Below are positions 9,469-20,900 of a stretch of DNA of 64,000 nucleotides, in pieces. Made by a program: the position numbers and the translations under genes. The notes under the pieces were generated by a model that saw only the letters and a list, made by a program, of their open reading frames with translations, did not search any database and was not told the DNA's origin. This stretch comes from Malacoraja senta (taxonomy: Eukaryota). Location of the stretch: contig CM075997.1 in NCBI GenBank assembly GCA_038087875.1, positions 1-64,000 on the forward strand. The letters run 5' to 3'. How positions within the stretch are numbered: the first letter of the stretch is position 1; each line of letters opens with the position of its first letter.

Positions 9469-12400
9469 TTACTTCGGAGTCACGTGAGTGACTACGTGAA
9501 GAACCCCGCCAGTGCGCCTGCGCGTCATTACGTCAGACGCATTGGCGCAAACGGACGCGAGGAGCAGAGCTCCTCTAGTGGAATTATAGTTTTCAACTAC
9601 AAGATAAGTATAAACTTTTTTGGAAGTATTTCCGTGTCCGTTTACTGTGGGTCTGTGGGGATTTTTTTCCACAGGCATCATGAAAAAAACGGGCAAGGGG
9701 AGGAGGCGAGCGGCACAGCCGATAGAGAGTCGCGAGATTGCGGTCGGCGACCAGCCGCCTCTGACCACGGTACAGTCGCCAGCAGACAGCATAGCGACTG
9801 GGGATATTGGGGCTGAAGTGAATTTAGTCAGCACCAGTGGGGCAAGGCAAAGCCGATAAAAAGCTGCGGGAATGCGGTCGGTAAAGGACTGCCTCATACC
9901 CTACAACAGTCGCCGGCTGGGAGCGGGGCGAACTGTGGACTTGTGAATTAAAGAAAAGAATGGAGCCAGCGTCAGTTGGGTGCTAGGCAACATACAAGTC
10001 AGGGTCATGGAACAAGAGTCAGTTTGGGATTCACCTCCAAGGCTGGATACCACTTTCTGAGTGGATATTCCAAATGGAGAACCTGTACACAGGTTGCTCC
10101 AACAAAACATACTCCAGGAGGAGTGATGTCAGAACCAGGCTCCAGAAGCCAGGTCAGCAGCACCTAGTAAAGGGCTGCTTGATAGCACCCTCATTGATGA
10201 GGCGCGTGCACAGGGTCAGCAGTTTCCAAAACAAGCGAAGACGGCAGCTGCCAGATGGGCTATTCCTGGCAGTACGATTTGCTGCTCTGTGAGAGTTCTG
10301 ACCCTGAGCCTGACGGTGAGGCCGATACAAGCGAAGACGGCAGCTGCCAGATGTTTTACCCCTGGCAGTACGATTCGCTGCCCCGTCAGAGTCAGGAGAG
10401 CCACTTGGAAAGGACGTGTGATCAACTATTGTGTCTGCCATCAGCTCTAGTAGCTTACGATGGATGAAAATGCCAAAAAAGCACGAGATCCCAAGGAACT
10501 GCGTATTGCTGAAAGTACTAGCAGTGAACCAAGATAAGGGGTCAGATGGGCGAAGGCATGTAAGCCTAAGGAAAGTAAACTGCAGAGAATATTGAAGCTG
10601 CTGGGTTGATGAACAACTGCAATTTGCAAAACAATGGATGGAGGCCATGGATGGAGATGCATCAAGTGGCACTAAGGTTGCTATGTAGCGCCCACTTCAA
10701 GATGAATTGTTTCAGGAAGTATGGCATTCGGTCCACCATCAACCCAAAGTTGCAGCAACTCTGTAAAGCCCAGCAATGTGCAGTCACTCAACTTATTCTT
10801 CAGAGGAAAAACCTCATAAATCGTGGGAAAGAGTTGGATAATGAGGCAAAAACAGCAAAGTTGATCACAACATCAATGGTCGTCAAGTCTGCAAAGAGGA
10901 CGTATCCTTTCAGACATCATACAAAATCCTGGACCGACATCAGGATCAAATCGACCATTGAAGCAGGTACGCAGTTGATGTCCTGCAGCAGGAAAAACGA
11001 AAAAGCGTGGGTTTTGCCTGCCAGGAGCCAGAGACCACAGGTCACTCAGATGACAAAGGAGGTAGGTGGACCTGGTTCTTATGGGAACATATTAAGGCAA
11101 AAACAGCCAAATATTGGAAGCAAATTACTTCAATTATTATTCTGAGTATTATAGAAAGGTTTCGAATTGATTCGATTCAAATACTGTTTGCCATCCAGCA
11201 TGTTCCAAGCAGAACACTCCAATTTCGCATAAAAATAATTGATGAAGGTTCAAGCTGAATTGAAAACTTGTTTAGAAACAAGTAATTGAAAGGTCGGTTT
11301 ATCAAAACCACCAAATTGTGTTTAAAATTTCTCAACCTAAAAAGGTGAGGAGTATTTTAGATCTGACAAGTCTTTAAAATTGTGTGAAGTATAGACACTT
11401 CAAAATGGAGACTTTGAGACTGCCAAACAATTTATTTCAAAAAATATGTTTTATGGCCCATAGATCTGAAAGATGTATATTACTTAGTGTTTGTTCATTT
11501 ATAAGATAAAATTATCTGAAGGAACAATTATGGCAATTCAACGTTCTGTCTAACGGGTTAACTTCAGTTCCTAGAATTTCACTAAATTGGTAAAACCAAT
11601 TTTGGGGCTAATTAGAGTCCAAGGACAGATGTGGATGGCTTAACTGGATGATGTCCTAATTAGGACGAACAAGAAAATTAGTGAGTTATCTCTCTCAAAT
11701 TATTCAAACCACTTTTGAAAGTTGGGTTTAATTCATCCAGAGAGAAATTAAGTTTAACGATACTTACAACAATTGATTATTTGATTCAATTGAAAGGGTA
11801 GTAATTTACCCAGGGTAAAGGGTAAAGCTAATTGATGGTTGTATTAAGCAGTTGGAAAAGCAACAATCTTTAATTAAGACAGGTGGCCAGCTTGTTAGGA
11901 GAATTAGTGTTATTTCCAGCAATACAATATGGGTCATTGTACTACCAGACTGCAAAAAGAAAAAAACACTAAGATGCATGATGGCCATTTTTTGATAGGC
12001 CATGCAATTAAACAACAAATGCTGCTTCTGATTGCAGTAGTGGATTTAACATGTCTTCAGTAGTTCAAGCAAGATACGGATTGAACAGCCTTCCATTGTC
12101 TTAACAGACTGATATCAGTGTACTAGGATTGGTGCCACTGAAAAGGTATCCCATCTGTGGACAGATGGAATATGGAAGAAGTATTATTTTACAGACATGG
12201 AGAATCGACGTTTAAAGTCTATTGGAAGGCTTATGAGCTACAAGTTTGTTGTTTAATACAACTAATCTGCATGTTCAGTTTCAAATTAACAACACTACAG
12301 CAATGGCATGTATTAATTGTATGGGTGGAATTTCCATGATAACAAAGAATGGATGTTTAACCTTAAGATTTTTTAATGATATAATAGTCAGATTTGGGAA

Positions 12401-14218
12401 GCCAGATATGATTTGTTTCCATCCAGATTCAATCACCAGTTACAGAGATATGTGTTATGGGACTACATCGGGAGACAGTAGCGATGGATGTTTCTCGCTA
12501 TATTAGGATGGTATGTTGTTATATGCATTTACTTCATCCTGTCTCATAAATCGGTGTCTGTTTAAAACAAAGCAGTATGCTGCCTCTGGGGTATTCGTGG
12601 TACCAGACGGGCCTACGCAGCCATGGTTCCCTTTGATATTGGAATTTATGACACAGTTTCTGATAAATGTTCCCAAAAGAAGGAAGTTACTGGTGTATTC
12701 GATAATTGGAGAGTAACATCCGTCATATGCCTGTATGGATGCAGGTTTAAAAAAAGAGGATTGTCTGGGCATGCTGTGGACATGCTTACAGCAGTCTGAC
12801 GGAAGAGTACTCAAAAGCAGTACATTTGTGAATGAGTTGTGACTCTGTAAATGCTGCTTTCCTATTATGTAAAGAATGAGGGGAAAAATTTCCTGCGTAT
12901 AAAAGAATATGGAATGTTGTATGGCACATGTCTCAAATGTCTTGGATTTACCTCTATTTAAGGGGTTGAGTTAGTGCGATTTATTCAGACAGAAGTATAT
13001 TATTCCTTGTTTTTATTGATGAGGTTGGAAAGACATCCTGTTGAGTTTCGTTCTTTTATTTCCAGATTAATGAAAGGAATTTTAATTCCAGACCTTCTAA
13101 ACCTAGGAGGGAATCTGGAATATAGAGTTGTTTTAAGCTACTTCATCAATGGAGTCTTGGTACGATTCTGATTTGGCCAAGTTCAGCATGAAGGTAGTCA
13201 TGCTTATGGCACTTGTAACATTACAAAAGTTACAGATACACAGGATGGAAGTACCTCAGGATTATGTTATGTTTTACATTTGATGACCTACTCAAATGAA
13301 GTAGGATCAGGTGTGACAGGATTCAAGGGTGTTTTATTAGCATATTCTATGGATCCATATCTATATGTTAAGACATATTTGTTGCAATACATTGAGGCTA
13401 CAAAGGTCTTATGAAATATGAAAACAAGATTGTTTATCATTCACGAAAAACCATACAAGATAGTGTCAGTTCAGACTATTTTAAGATGGTTAAAAACAAG
13501 TTTTGGTTGCTGCAGGTGTGAACATTGATGGTTTTACATTCCATTCAGTTTAGCAGCAACATTGACGACCAGGGCGAAGGACGTCCCGTCGACCATATTT
13601 TCACAGCCGCCGGGTGATCTAATAAGTTGGTGTTTCAACACTTTTACCATCGGCCTATTGCCAATACGGGGCTGTTTGGCAGATACTATATTAAGTTCTG
13701 CTTAAATTTCCCTGGGTTAAAGGGGATACTGTTAATTATTTTATTCAAATAAATGAATTACTGCATTTGTCAGGCAAATGTTATTATTCATGCATTATTG
13801 ATTATTTCTCGTTCCGAGTCAATCAATGCAGTGAGAAGCCGGGATTTGTCTGCGGCATGAAATCACAAAGCTTTAAAATCTTCACATAGTCACTCACGCG
13901 ACTCCGAAGTAAAATAGTAAGATTAAACGAGAACTTACCTAAGTTTGAAGTTTGATCTTTATTTTATGAGGAGTTACGTTGGTGATTACGTGCCCACCAC
14001 GACCCAACCCTCTATCATAAAGGTCAGATGGAAGTTCTTGTATTACTCGTTTTATTATGATACTATATTACTTCGGTTGTTGTTTTTTGTGATTTCACAC
14101 CGCTGCTTTGAAGATTGACGCGCAGGCGCACGGGTGGGTTCTTCACCTAATCACCAACGTAACTCCTCATAAAATAAAGATCAAACTTCAAACTGGTAAG
14201 TTCTCGTTTAATCTTACT
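9469..14218 (+). mobile_element. DIRS1-type tyrosine-recombinase retrotransposon, structurally complete, ORFs degenerate
   Basis: ITRs 9496-9527 / 14116-14146 and an internal complementary region at 13880-13992 that is antisense to both termini. Decayed RT (HFKMET.., IDLKD.Y, LDDVLI ~11390-11670), RNase H (~12100), methyltransferase-like (FGKPD.., YAF..LI..VVPDGPTQPWFP ~12390-12650) and tyrosine recombinase (FTFHS.., IFTAAG*SNKLVFQHFYHRPI ~13530-13660). Inserted in a CR1 3' end. Confidence 0.9.
13880..13992 (+). other. DIRS internal complementary region (ICR)
   Basis: 13880-13912 is the reverse complement of the left terminus (9469-9501), and 13916-13992 of the right extension (~14143-14218). 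The two halves join through AAT. Confidence 0.9.
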
Positions 14219-14799
14219 ATTCTTGATTAGTACGGGTATCAGAGGTTATGGGGAGAAGGCAGGAGAATGGGGTTTGGAGATAATACATTTTTGCCTTCCA
14301 TCACCGAGCGCTGTGGCGGATGTTTATGTTAATTTTTATGTAGTTGTTTGCCTTGTTACTTCTTAGGTATGACCCTATGGCAAATCATATTCCTTGTATG
14401 TTCTTGCACACTTGGCTAATAAATTAATTACAATTAAAATTACAATCAGTTAGAGTGTGGTCCTGATCTCCCATCTATCCACCTTACTTGATCTATCTAA
14501 ATGGGACTGTGTCAGCCTACAATGTTATACATCTTGTACCTGTTATCTGCCTGCTGTCGACAGCTTTGATTGTATTAAAGAACAGGTTTCTTTTCTCAGA
14601 CTGGATAACACCCAAACGAATGCTTTTCACTGTACCTCGATACATGTGACTCTAATAAACCAATCGAAACTAGACTAATTCAAATTCTTCCCGCCAAGTT
14701 GGACAATTCCACATCGCCGCATGTTATTGTCCAGTTTGTTCAGCATTTCCTATCCCATTGTTTAAGAAACTGTCAGACAGGTACTTGGACAGGACAGGT

Positions 14800-15030
14800 T
14801 TCACACAAAGGGTGGTGGGTGTATGGAACGAGCTGCCAGAGGAGGTAGTTGAGGCTGGGACTATCCCATTGTTTAAGAAACAGTTAGACAGGTACATGGA
14901 TAGGACATGTTTGGAGGGATATGGACTAAGCACAGGCAGGTGGGACTAGTGTAGCTGGGACATGTTGACCGGTGTGGGCAAGTTGGGCCGAAGGGCCTGT
15001 TTCCACACTGTATCACTCTGTGACTCTATA
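14800..15030 (+). mobile_element. CR1-clade (HER1-like) LINE 3' end
   Basis: FTQRVVGVWNELPEEVVEAGTIPLFKKQLDRYMDR..WD*, with tail GGGCCGAAGGGCCTGTTTCCACACTGTATC also seen in the SINEs. Confidence 0.85.
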
Positions 15031-15562
15031 ACCTGATTCATGTTTTACAAAATCCCAAAGGCTCTATTAATCTGCCCTCTGAAGAGTTTTCAATGAAGTC
15101 CAGTAATTTGGGGGCCTGATGGGATCGGAGTCTGTGACCGACACTAAGACTTCATTAGCTGCTCTGCGTTCCCTGTTTAACAAGGGAGACAAGGGCTTCC
15201 GTCTCTCAAAGGCTCTCTCATATTTCTGAAATAAAATTGTTCAAACACACTTTACATTGAGTGCGAGCATTTAAACCCTTATTGATCACGGTAAGTGCAT
15301 AAGTGATAACATGTTTCACCGCAAAGAACTGATTGCAAGACAGTGCTTTCAAGGTATTGAATGTGTTAGTTGCTGGGCTGTGAAATGGGATGGTATTGAT
15401 TGCCCCCCCCCCCCCCCCTACTGCTTTTGGACACTAACACTCAGGACCTCAGAGGACAGGGGGAGGGGAAGGTATTTGAAATTCAACACCGGGCCAATAC
15501 CCATTAGGAAGGAACTGCAGATGTTGGTTTAAACCGAAGGTTGACACAAATTGCTGGAGTAA

Positions 15563-15880
15563 TAGCCCTGTCCCACTGTACGAGTTCATTCCAAGAGTTC
15601 TCCCGAGTTTGCCCTGATTCGAACTCGGAGATTTACGGTAATGGCCACTCGTCGGTACTCGGAGCTCTCGTGGACATTTTTCATCATGTTGAAAAATCTT
15701 CACGAGTCTTCCCGTGCTTACCTGCCGTTAGCGAGTTTTCCCAAGTACCTGCCGTTAGCGCTAAGAGACGTCCCCGAGCTCCGACGTACCCGCTACGTTC
15801 ATTCTCCGTGCTTACCACGAGTTGTTTTTTTTTAACTCGGGAGAGCTCTTGGAATGAACTCGTACCGTGGGACAGGGCTT
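15563..15880. mobile_element. PIF/Harbinger-type MITE (318 bp) with TAA TSD
   Basis: ~47-bp TIRs (.AGCCCTGTCCCAC.GTACGAGTTCATTCCAAGAG.TCTCCCGAGTT). It splits the Penelope repeat motif GGAG|TAA|CTCAGC, duplicating TAA at 15560-15562 and 15881-15883. Confidence 0.85.
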
Positions 15881-15994
15881 TAACTCAGCGGGACAGACAG
15901 CATCTCTGGAGAGACGGAATGGGTGCCGTTTCAAGTATTTTATCTTACAGTATCTTATACAGCACCTGTATGAAAGGAAGGATATTTTGCAGTG

Positions 15995-16425
15995 TATGTG
16001 GTATTGTGTGCAGTTTTGGTCTCCTAATTTGAGGTAGGACATTCTTGCTATTGTGGGAGTGCAGCGTAGGTTCAACAGGTTAATTCCCAGGATGGCGGGA
16101 TTGTCATATGATGAAAGAATGGTCGACTGGGCTTGTATTCACTGGAATGACCAAGTCACCCTGCATCCTCAATGCTATGGGGATGCAGGGTGACTTGGAC
16201 ATGTTGGGTGAGTGGGCAGATGCAGTTTAATGTGGATAAATGTGAGGTTATGCACTTTGGTGGCAAGAACAGGAAGGCAGATTACTATCTAAATTGCGTC
16301 AAGTTGGGAAAAGGGGAAGGACAACGGGATCTGGGGAGTCCTTGTTCATCAGTCACTGAAAGTAAGCATGCAGGTACAGCAGGCAGTGAAGAGGGTGAGG
16401 AATGGCATGTTGGCCTTCATAACAA
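15995..16425 (+). mobile_element. Two rearranged CR1 ORF2 fragments
   Basis: YCVQFWSPNLR.. followed by the normally upstream QMQFNVDKCEVMHFGGKNRKADYYLN.. segment. Confidence 0.8.
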
Positions 16426-16729
16426 ATTTAACAAACAGACTGGTCATTCCTTCTTCTCCCTGCTGCTGTGGCGAAAGGTACAGAAATCTGCACCACCAGA
16501 CGGAGCAACAACTGCTTCTCACTCTGCACTTTTGTTGTAGATTGACCGTTTGTGTTACTCCAGTACTTTGTGTCTTGTTTTGTAAACCGGCATCTGCGGT
16601 TCTTTGGGGATAAACCAATATTGCTAGTGTTATAAGCAGTAGTACCAACATCTCCCTTTTTCCCTGAACTAATGTTGCCCCCTGGGAGAGTGGACATTCC
16701 CTTGTGCGAGGGCTCACCCTCGGGAGTTG

Positions 16730-16906
16730 GCCTCTCATCCCCTCAATGTCCCTCATTCCGTCAATCCGTCAATGTCCCTCAATCCCTCAAAGTCCCTCAT
16801 CCCCTCCATGTTCCTCATCCCCTCAAAGTCCCTCAATCCCTCAAAGTTCCTCAATGTCCCTCATCCCCTCAATGTCTCTCATTCCCTCAATCCTTCAATG
16901 TCCCTC
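16730..16906. repeat. Degenerate ~9/18-bp tandem repeat (TCCCTCAAT/GTCCCTCAT)
   Basis: Direct inspection. Confidence 0.85.
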
Positions 16907-16965
16907 ATGGCGGTGTCTCTAAAAGGCGGCGCTGTCCAGGCAGCGTCCGCAGTGTCCACCAAAGA

Positions 16966-17141
16966 TCAGAGAGCGGCCAGTCCGTTCCAGTATCTTTGGT
17001 GTCCACCAGTGGCCGGAGAAGAACCTCGACGCGCGCCCCCACCGCGAGTGGACAGCGGCGTGCTCCCGCCCGCCGGGGGATCCTTCGAGACACAATCCAT
17101 CACTCTGGTCAGCAAGGCTTGACCGACCGGCCGGACCAGGT
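16966..17141 (-). CDS. Candidate terminal exon of an unidentified gene
   Basis: cgcag| acceptor at 17142, phase-compatible with the upstream candidate exon. Reads (D)LVRPVGQALLTRVMDCVSKDPPAGG...YWNGLAAL*. GC/CpG-rich unique sequence; no homolog recognised. Confidence 0.4.
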
Positions 17142-17349
17142 CTGCGTTCCGGACACGACCAAGGGTCAAGGCCAAAGACATCGCCCCTCTCCCGCAACTT
17201 AATAAAATATCCTCTCGGGGGTCAATCCTTCCTTCCCACCAGCCCTGTCTGGAGGAGCGAGGGGTGAGTATGAAGGGGGGTGAGGGCGGGGAGTCTCTTT
17301 CTTGTGTCATTCTGCTCCATTGATGGTGTTCGCGGTTACACAAACTCAC

Positions 17350-17582
17350 CGGCGCTAAAGTCCTCGCAAGTCCAGCTGCGCGCAAACATCTGCAGGTCAG
17401 GTTGGCTCCGAGTAGATCCAGCGCCTCTGGACCGCTCTGCGACCCGCCTTGAAGACGATGGCGTTGGAGACCGCGACCGAGATGTGCTTCCAGACCGAGA
17501 TCTTGTCGGAGATCGGTGAGGTTCAAACTCCTCGGTACAGGCTGTATTTTGTTCAAGTTCGTGACCTAACTCACGGAACCAC
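17350..17582 (-). CDS. Candidate internal exon, Arg/Ser-rich, unidentified gene
   Basis: Open frame WFRELGHELEQNTACTEEFEPHRSPTRSRSGSTSRSRSPTPSSSRR..RSQPDLQMFARSWTCEDFSA ending at a strong CG|GTGAGT donor (17349). The acceptor is either ccag|17582 (weak tract) or tttcag|17626 (better tract, but needs a 1-nt frame correction). Confidence 0.45.
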
Positions 17583-17970
17583 CTGGATTTTTAACATATT
17601 GTGTAAAAATATTATATAAATCAGACCTGAAACTCGTCAAGACCAAAACATGCACTTTTTAAAAAAAATATGAGAAAAAACTACAATTTTCCCAGTAGTA
17701 ATTGTCCAATCAATGCACGTTTGACATTGAGGTCAAATCCCGCGCTTTGTTTTATGGTCACTAGGCAGGGAAGACTCTGGGATCATGGCTGCCTCCTCAT
17801 TACATTAAAACAATAACAAGGTTTCCAAGGAATAAAGGTAATGCTAACCTTGCTGATCATTTTGTTTGACAATTAATTTATCTTTATAAAGTTGTGAAGT
17901 GAACTGTTAAATAAAAATGATAAATGACAAATGTAGAGCTAGAGATAGGATTTGGCATTTTCCTGTCATT

Positions 17971-20900
17971 GGGGTAGCTCTATTGGTGAGGAATGAAATT
18001 CAGTCCCTTGTGAGGGGTGACATAGATTCAGGAGATGTAGAGTCAGTATGGATAGAACTGAGGAATTGTAAGGGTAAAAATCCCTAATAGGACATCTACA
18101 GGCCCCCAAATAGTAGGCTGGATATAGGGTGCAAATTGAATCAACAGTAGGCTGGATATAGGGTCAAGAGTTAAAATTGGCATGTCGTAAAGGTAATATG
18201 CGAGATTTCAACATGCAGGTAGACTGGGAAAATCAGGTTGGTACTGGACCCCAAGAAAGGGAATTTGTGGAGTGCCTCCGTTATGGATTCTTAGAGCAGC
18301 TTGTACTGGAGCCTACCAGGGAGAAGGCAATTCTGGATTTAGTGTTGCGTAATGAACCGGATTTGATAAGGGAACTCAAGGTAATGGAGCCATTAGGAGG
18401 TAGTGACCATAATATGATACGGTTTAATCTACAATTTGAGAGGGAGAAGGGTAAATTGGAGATGTCAGTATTACAGTTGATCAAAGGGGACTATGGTGCC
18501 ATGAGGGAGGTGCTGGCCAAAGTTGACTGGAAAGATACCCTAGCAGGGATGACAGTGGAACAACAATGGCAGGTATTTCTGGGAATAATACAGAAGGTGC
18601 AGGAGCAGTTCATTCCAAATAGGAAGAAAGATTCCAAAGGGAGTAAGGGGTGACCGTGGCTGACAAGGGAAGTCAGGGACAGTGTAAAAATAAAAGAGAA
18701 GTATAACATAGCAAAGATGAGCGGGAAGCAAGAGGATTGGGTAACGTTTAAAGAGCAACAGAAGATAACTAAAAAGGCAATCCGGGGAGAAAAGATGAGG
18801 TACTAAGGTAAGCTAGCCAAGAATATAAAGGAGGATAGTAAGATTATTTAGGTATGTGAAGAGAACAAAATAGTTAAGACCAAAGTTGGACCCTTGAAGA
18901 CTGAAAAGGGTGAATTTATTATGGGGAACAAGGAAATGGCAGATCAGTTGAACAGGTACTTTGGATCCGTCTTCACTAAGGAAGACACAAACAATCTTCC
19001 TGATGTAGTAGTGGCCAGAGGATCCGGGGTGACTGAGGAACTGAAGGAAATCCATATTAGGCAGGAAATGGTGTTGGGTAGACTGATGGGACTGAAGGCT
19101 GATAAATCCCCAGGGCCTGATGGTCTGCATCCCAGGGTACTTAAGGAAGTGGCTCTAGAAATCGTGGACGCATTGGTGATAATTTTCCAATGTTCTATAG
19201 ATTCGGGGTCAGTTCCAGTGGATTGGAACGTAGCTAATGTTATTCCACTTTTTAAGAGACGGGTGAGAGAAAACGGAATTATAGACCAGTTCGCCTGACA
19301 TCGGTGGTGGGGAAGATGCTGGAGTCAATTATAAAAGATGAAATAGCGGCACATTTGGAGAGCAGTACAGGGCCTGTCACACTTTGCGATTTCTTTGGCG
19401 ACTGGGAGCGTCAGTGACTGACGCCCATTAAACCGTCAAGTTGTACGACATACACGCTGACGTATGCTGTCCTGCGGGTGACGCCCGGTAAGGGTTAGGA
19501 TTAGGGACCACAGATTGGCTATAAAATATTCTTCCTTCAATGCATGGATTTTAAACATTAATATATTAAAATTAATACAATAAAATCAATTGTGCAAATG
19601 AAAAGATGTCTGAGTCGTTCAGTTTTATTTACAGATGTATTGGTCCACTTCCAGATCCAATCACCGTCTCTAACTTTTCACAGGGATCGGTTCAGTGAGT
19701 AGACTGAACTCCCCTCTCCACTCCACCCCCTCTTCCCCCCTCCCGCCCCATCCCTCCTTCTCCGCTACCCCCCACCCTTCTCCCCTCTCCCCCTTTTTTC
19801 CTTACCACCTCTTCCTCGCTTCTCCCCGCTACACTCTTCTCCCCCTTCTCCACTCTTCCCCCCCCTCCCTTCTTCCATTCACCACCCCCACCCCCCCACC
19901 CACATTCCCCGATGCCCCCCATTTGTGGACCCAACCTGCAACCAGCGAATACCCGCACACTATCCCACACACGTTGGGGACAATTTATACTAACCATAAC
20001 TCTAACCCTAACACTAACCCTAGCCATAGCACTAACCCTAGTTTTAACCCTAACTCTAGGTTGATAGGCTTGGTATAGGTAGAAATTGTCCCTGGCGTGT
20101 GTGGGATAGTGGGCGGGGGATCGCTGGTCGGTGCGGACTCGGTGGGCTGAAGGGCACTGTATCTCTGAACTAAATGTGATACAGGGGCCCCAGGGGTTGG
20201 ACTCGAACCCTCAATGTTCTGCCTGCTCCTCATGGGAACTAAACTGTTGGCCACGAGTTGTCCCAGAGGGCAGATCTCTCTTCCAATGGTCTCTCCAAAC
20301 CCCCAGAGGCAGCGGACTTTTCAACTGGGTGCAGGCAATGTTGTCCATGTACCAGTGCCACCCACCTGCTCTGGCCACTGGGTCTAAATACCCACCACCC
20401 ATTTTGAAGCAAGGTGAGGGGGCGGGGAGGTGGGGGATGTTGTTCCCAAAGTCTGCATTTATCCCATAGTCAATGTTACTAAAACAGATGATGTGGCCTT
20501 TGTGTAGTATTATTAGTGGGATCTAGCTGTCACATGCCTGAATGAAACCATCTACACTGAATCCATCCCAGCGAAAAGTTAGAGACGGTGATTGGACCAA
20601 TACATCTGTAAATAAAACTGAACGACTCAGACATCTTTTCATTTGCACAATTGATTTTATTGTATTAATTTTAATATATTAATGTTTAAAATCCATGCAT
20701 TGGAGGAAGAATATTTTACAACCCATCTGTGGTCCCTAACCCTAACCCTAACCGGGCATCACCCGCAGGACAGCATACGTCAGCGTGTGACAGGGCGCAC
20801 GATGTGATGAGACACCCAGATGTCGCCCCTGGATTTTGAACATTCCAAAATCCAGGGGCGACAGGGAGACACCGCGCGTCACTACATGCGTCACGACTCA

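Noticed and set aside
16966..17556. 196-aa unspliced minus ORF
   Set aside because: It relies on a non-ATG start and crosses the candidate intron; the spliced reading with the RS-rich frame fits better.
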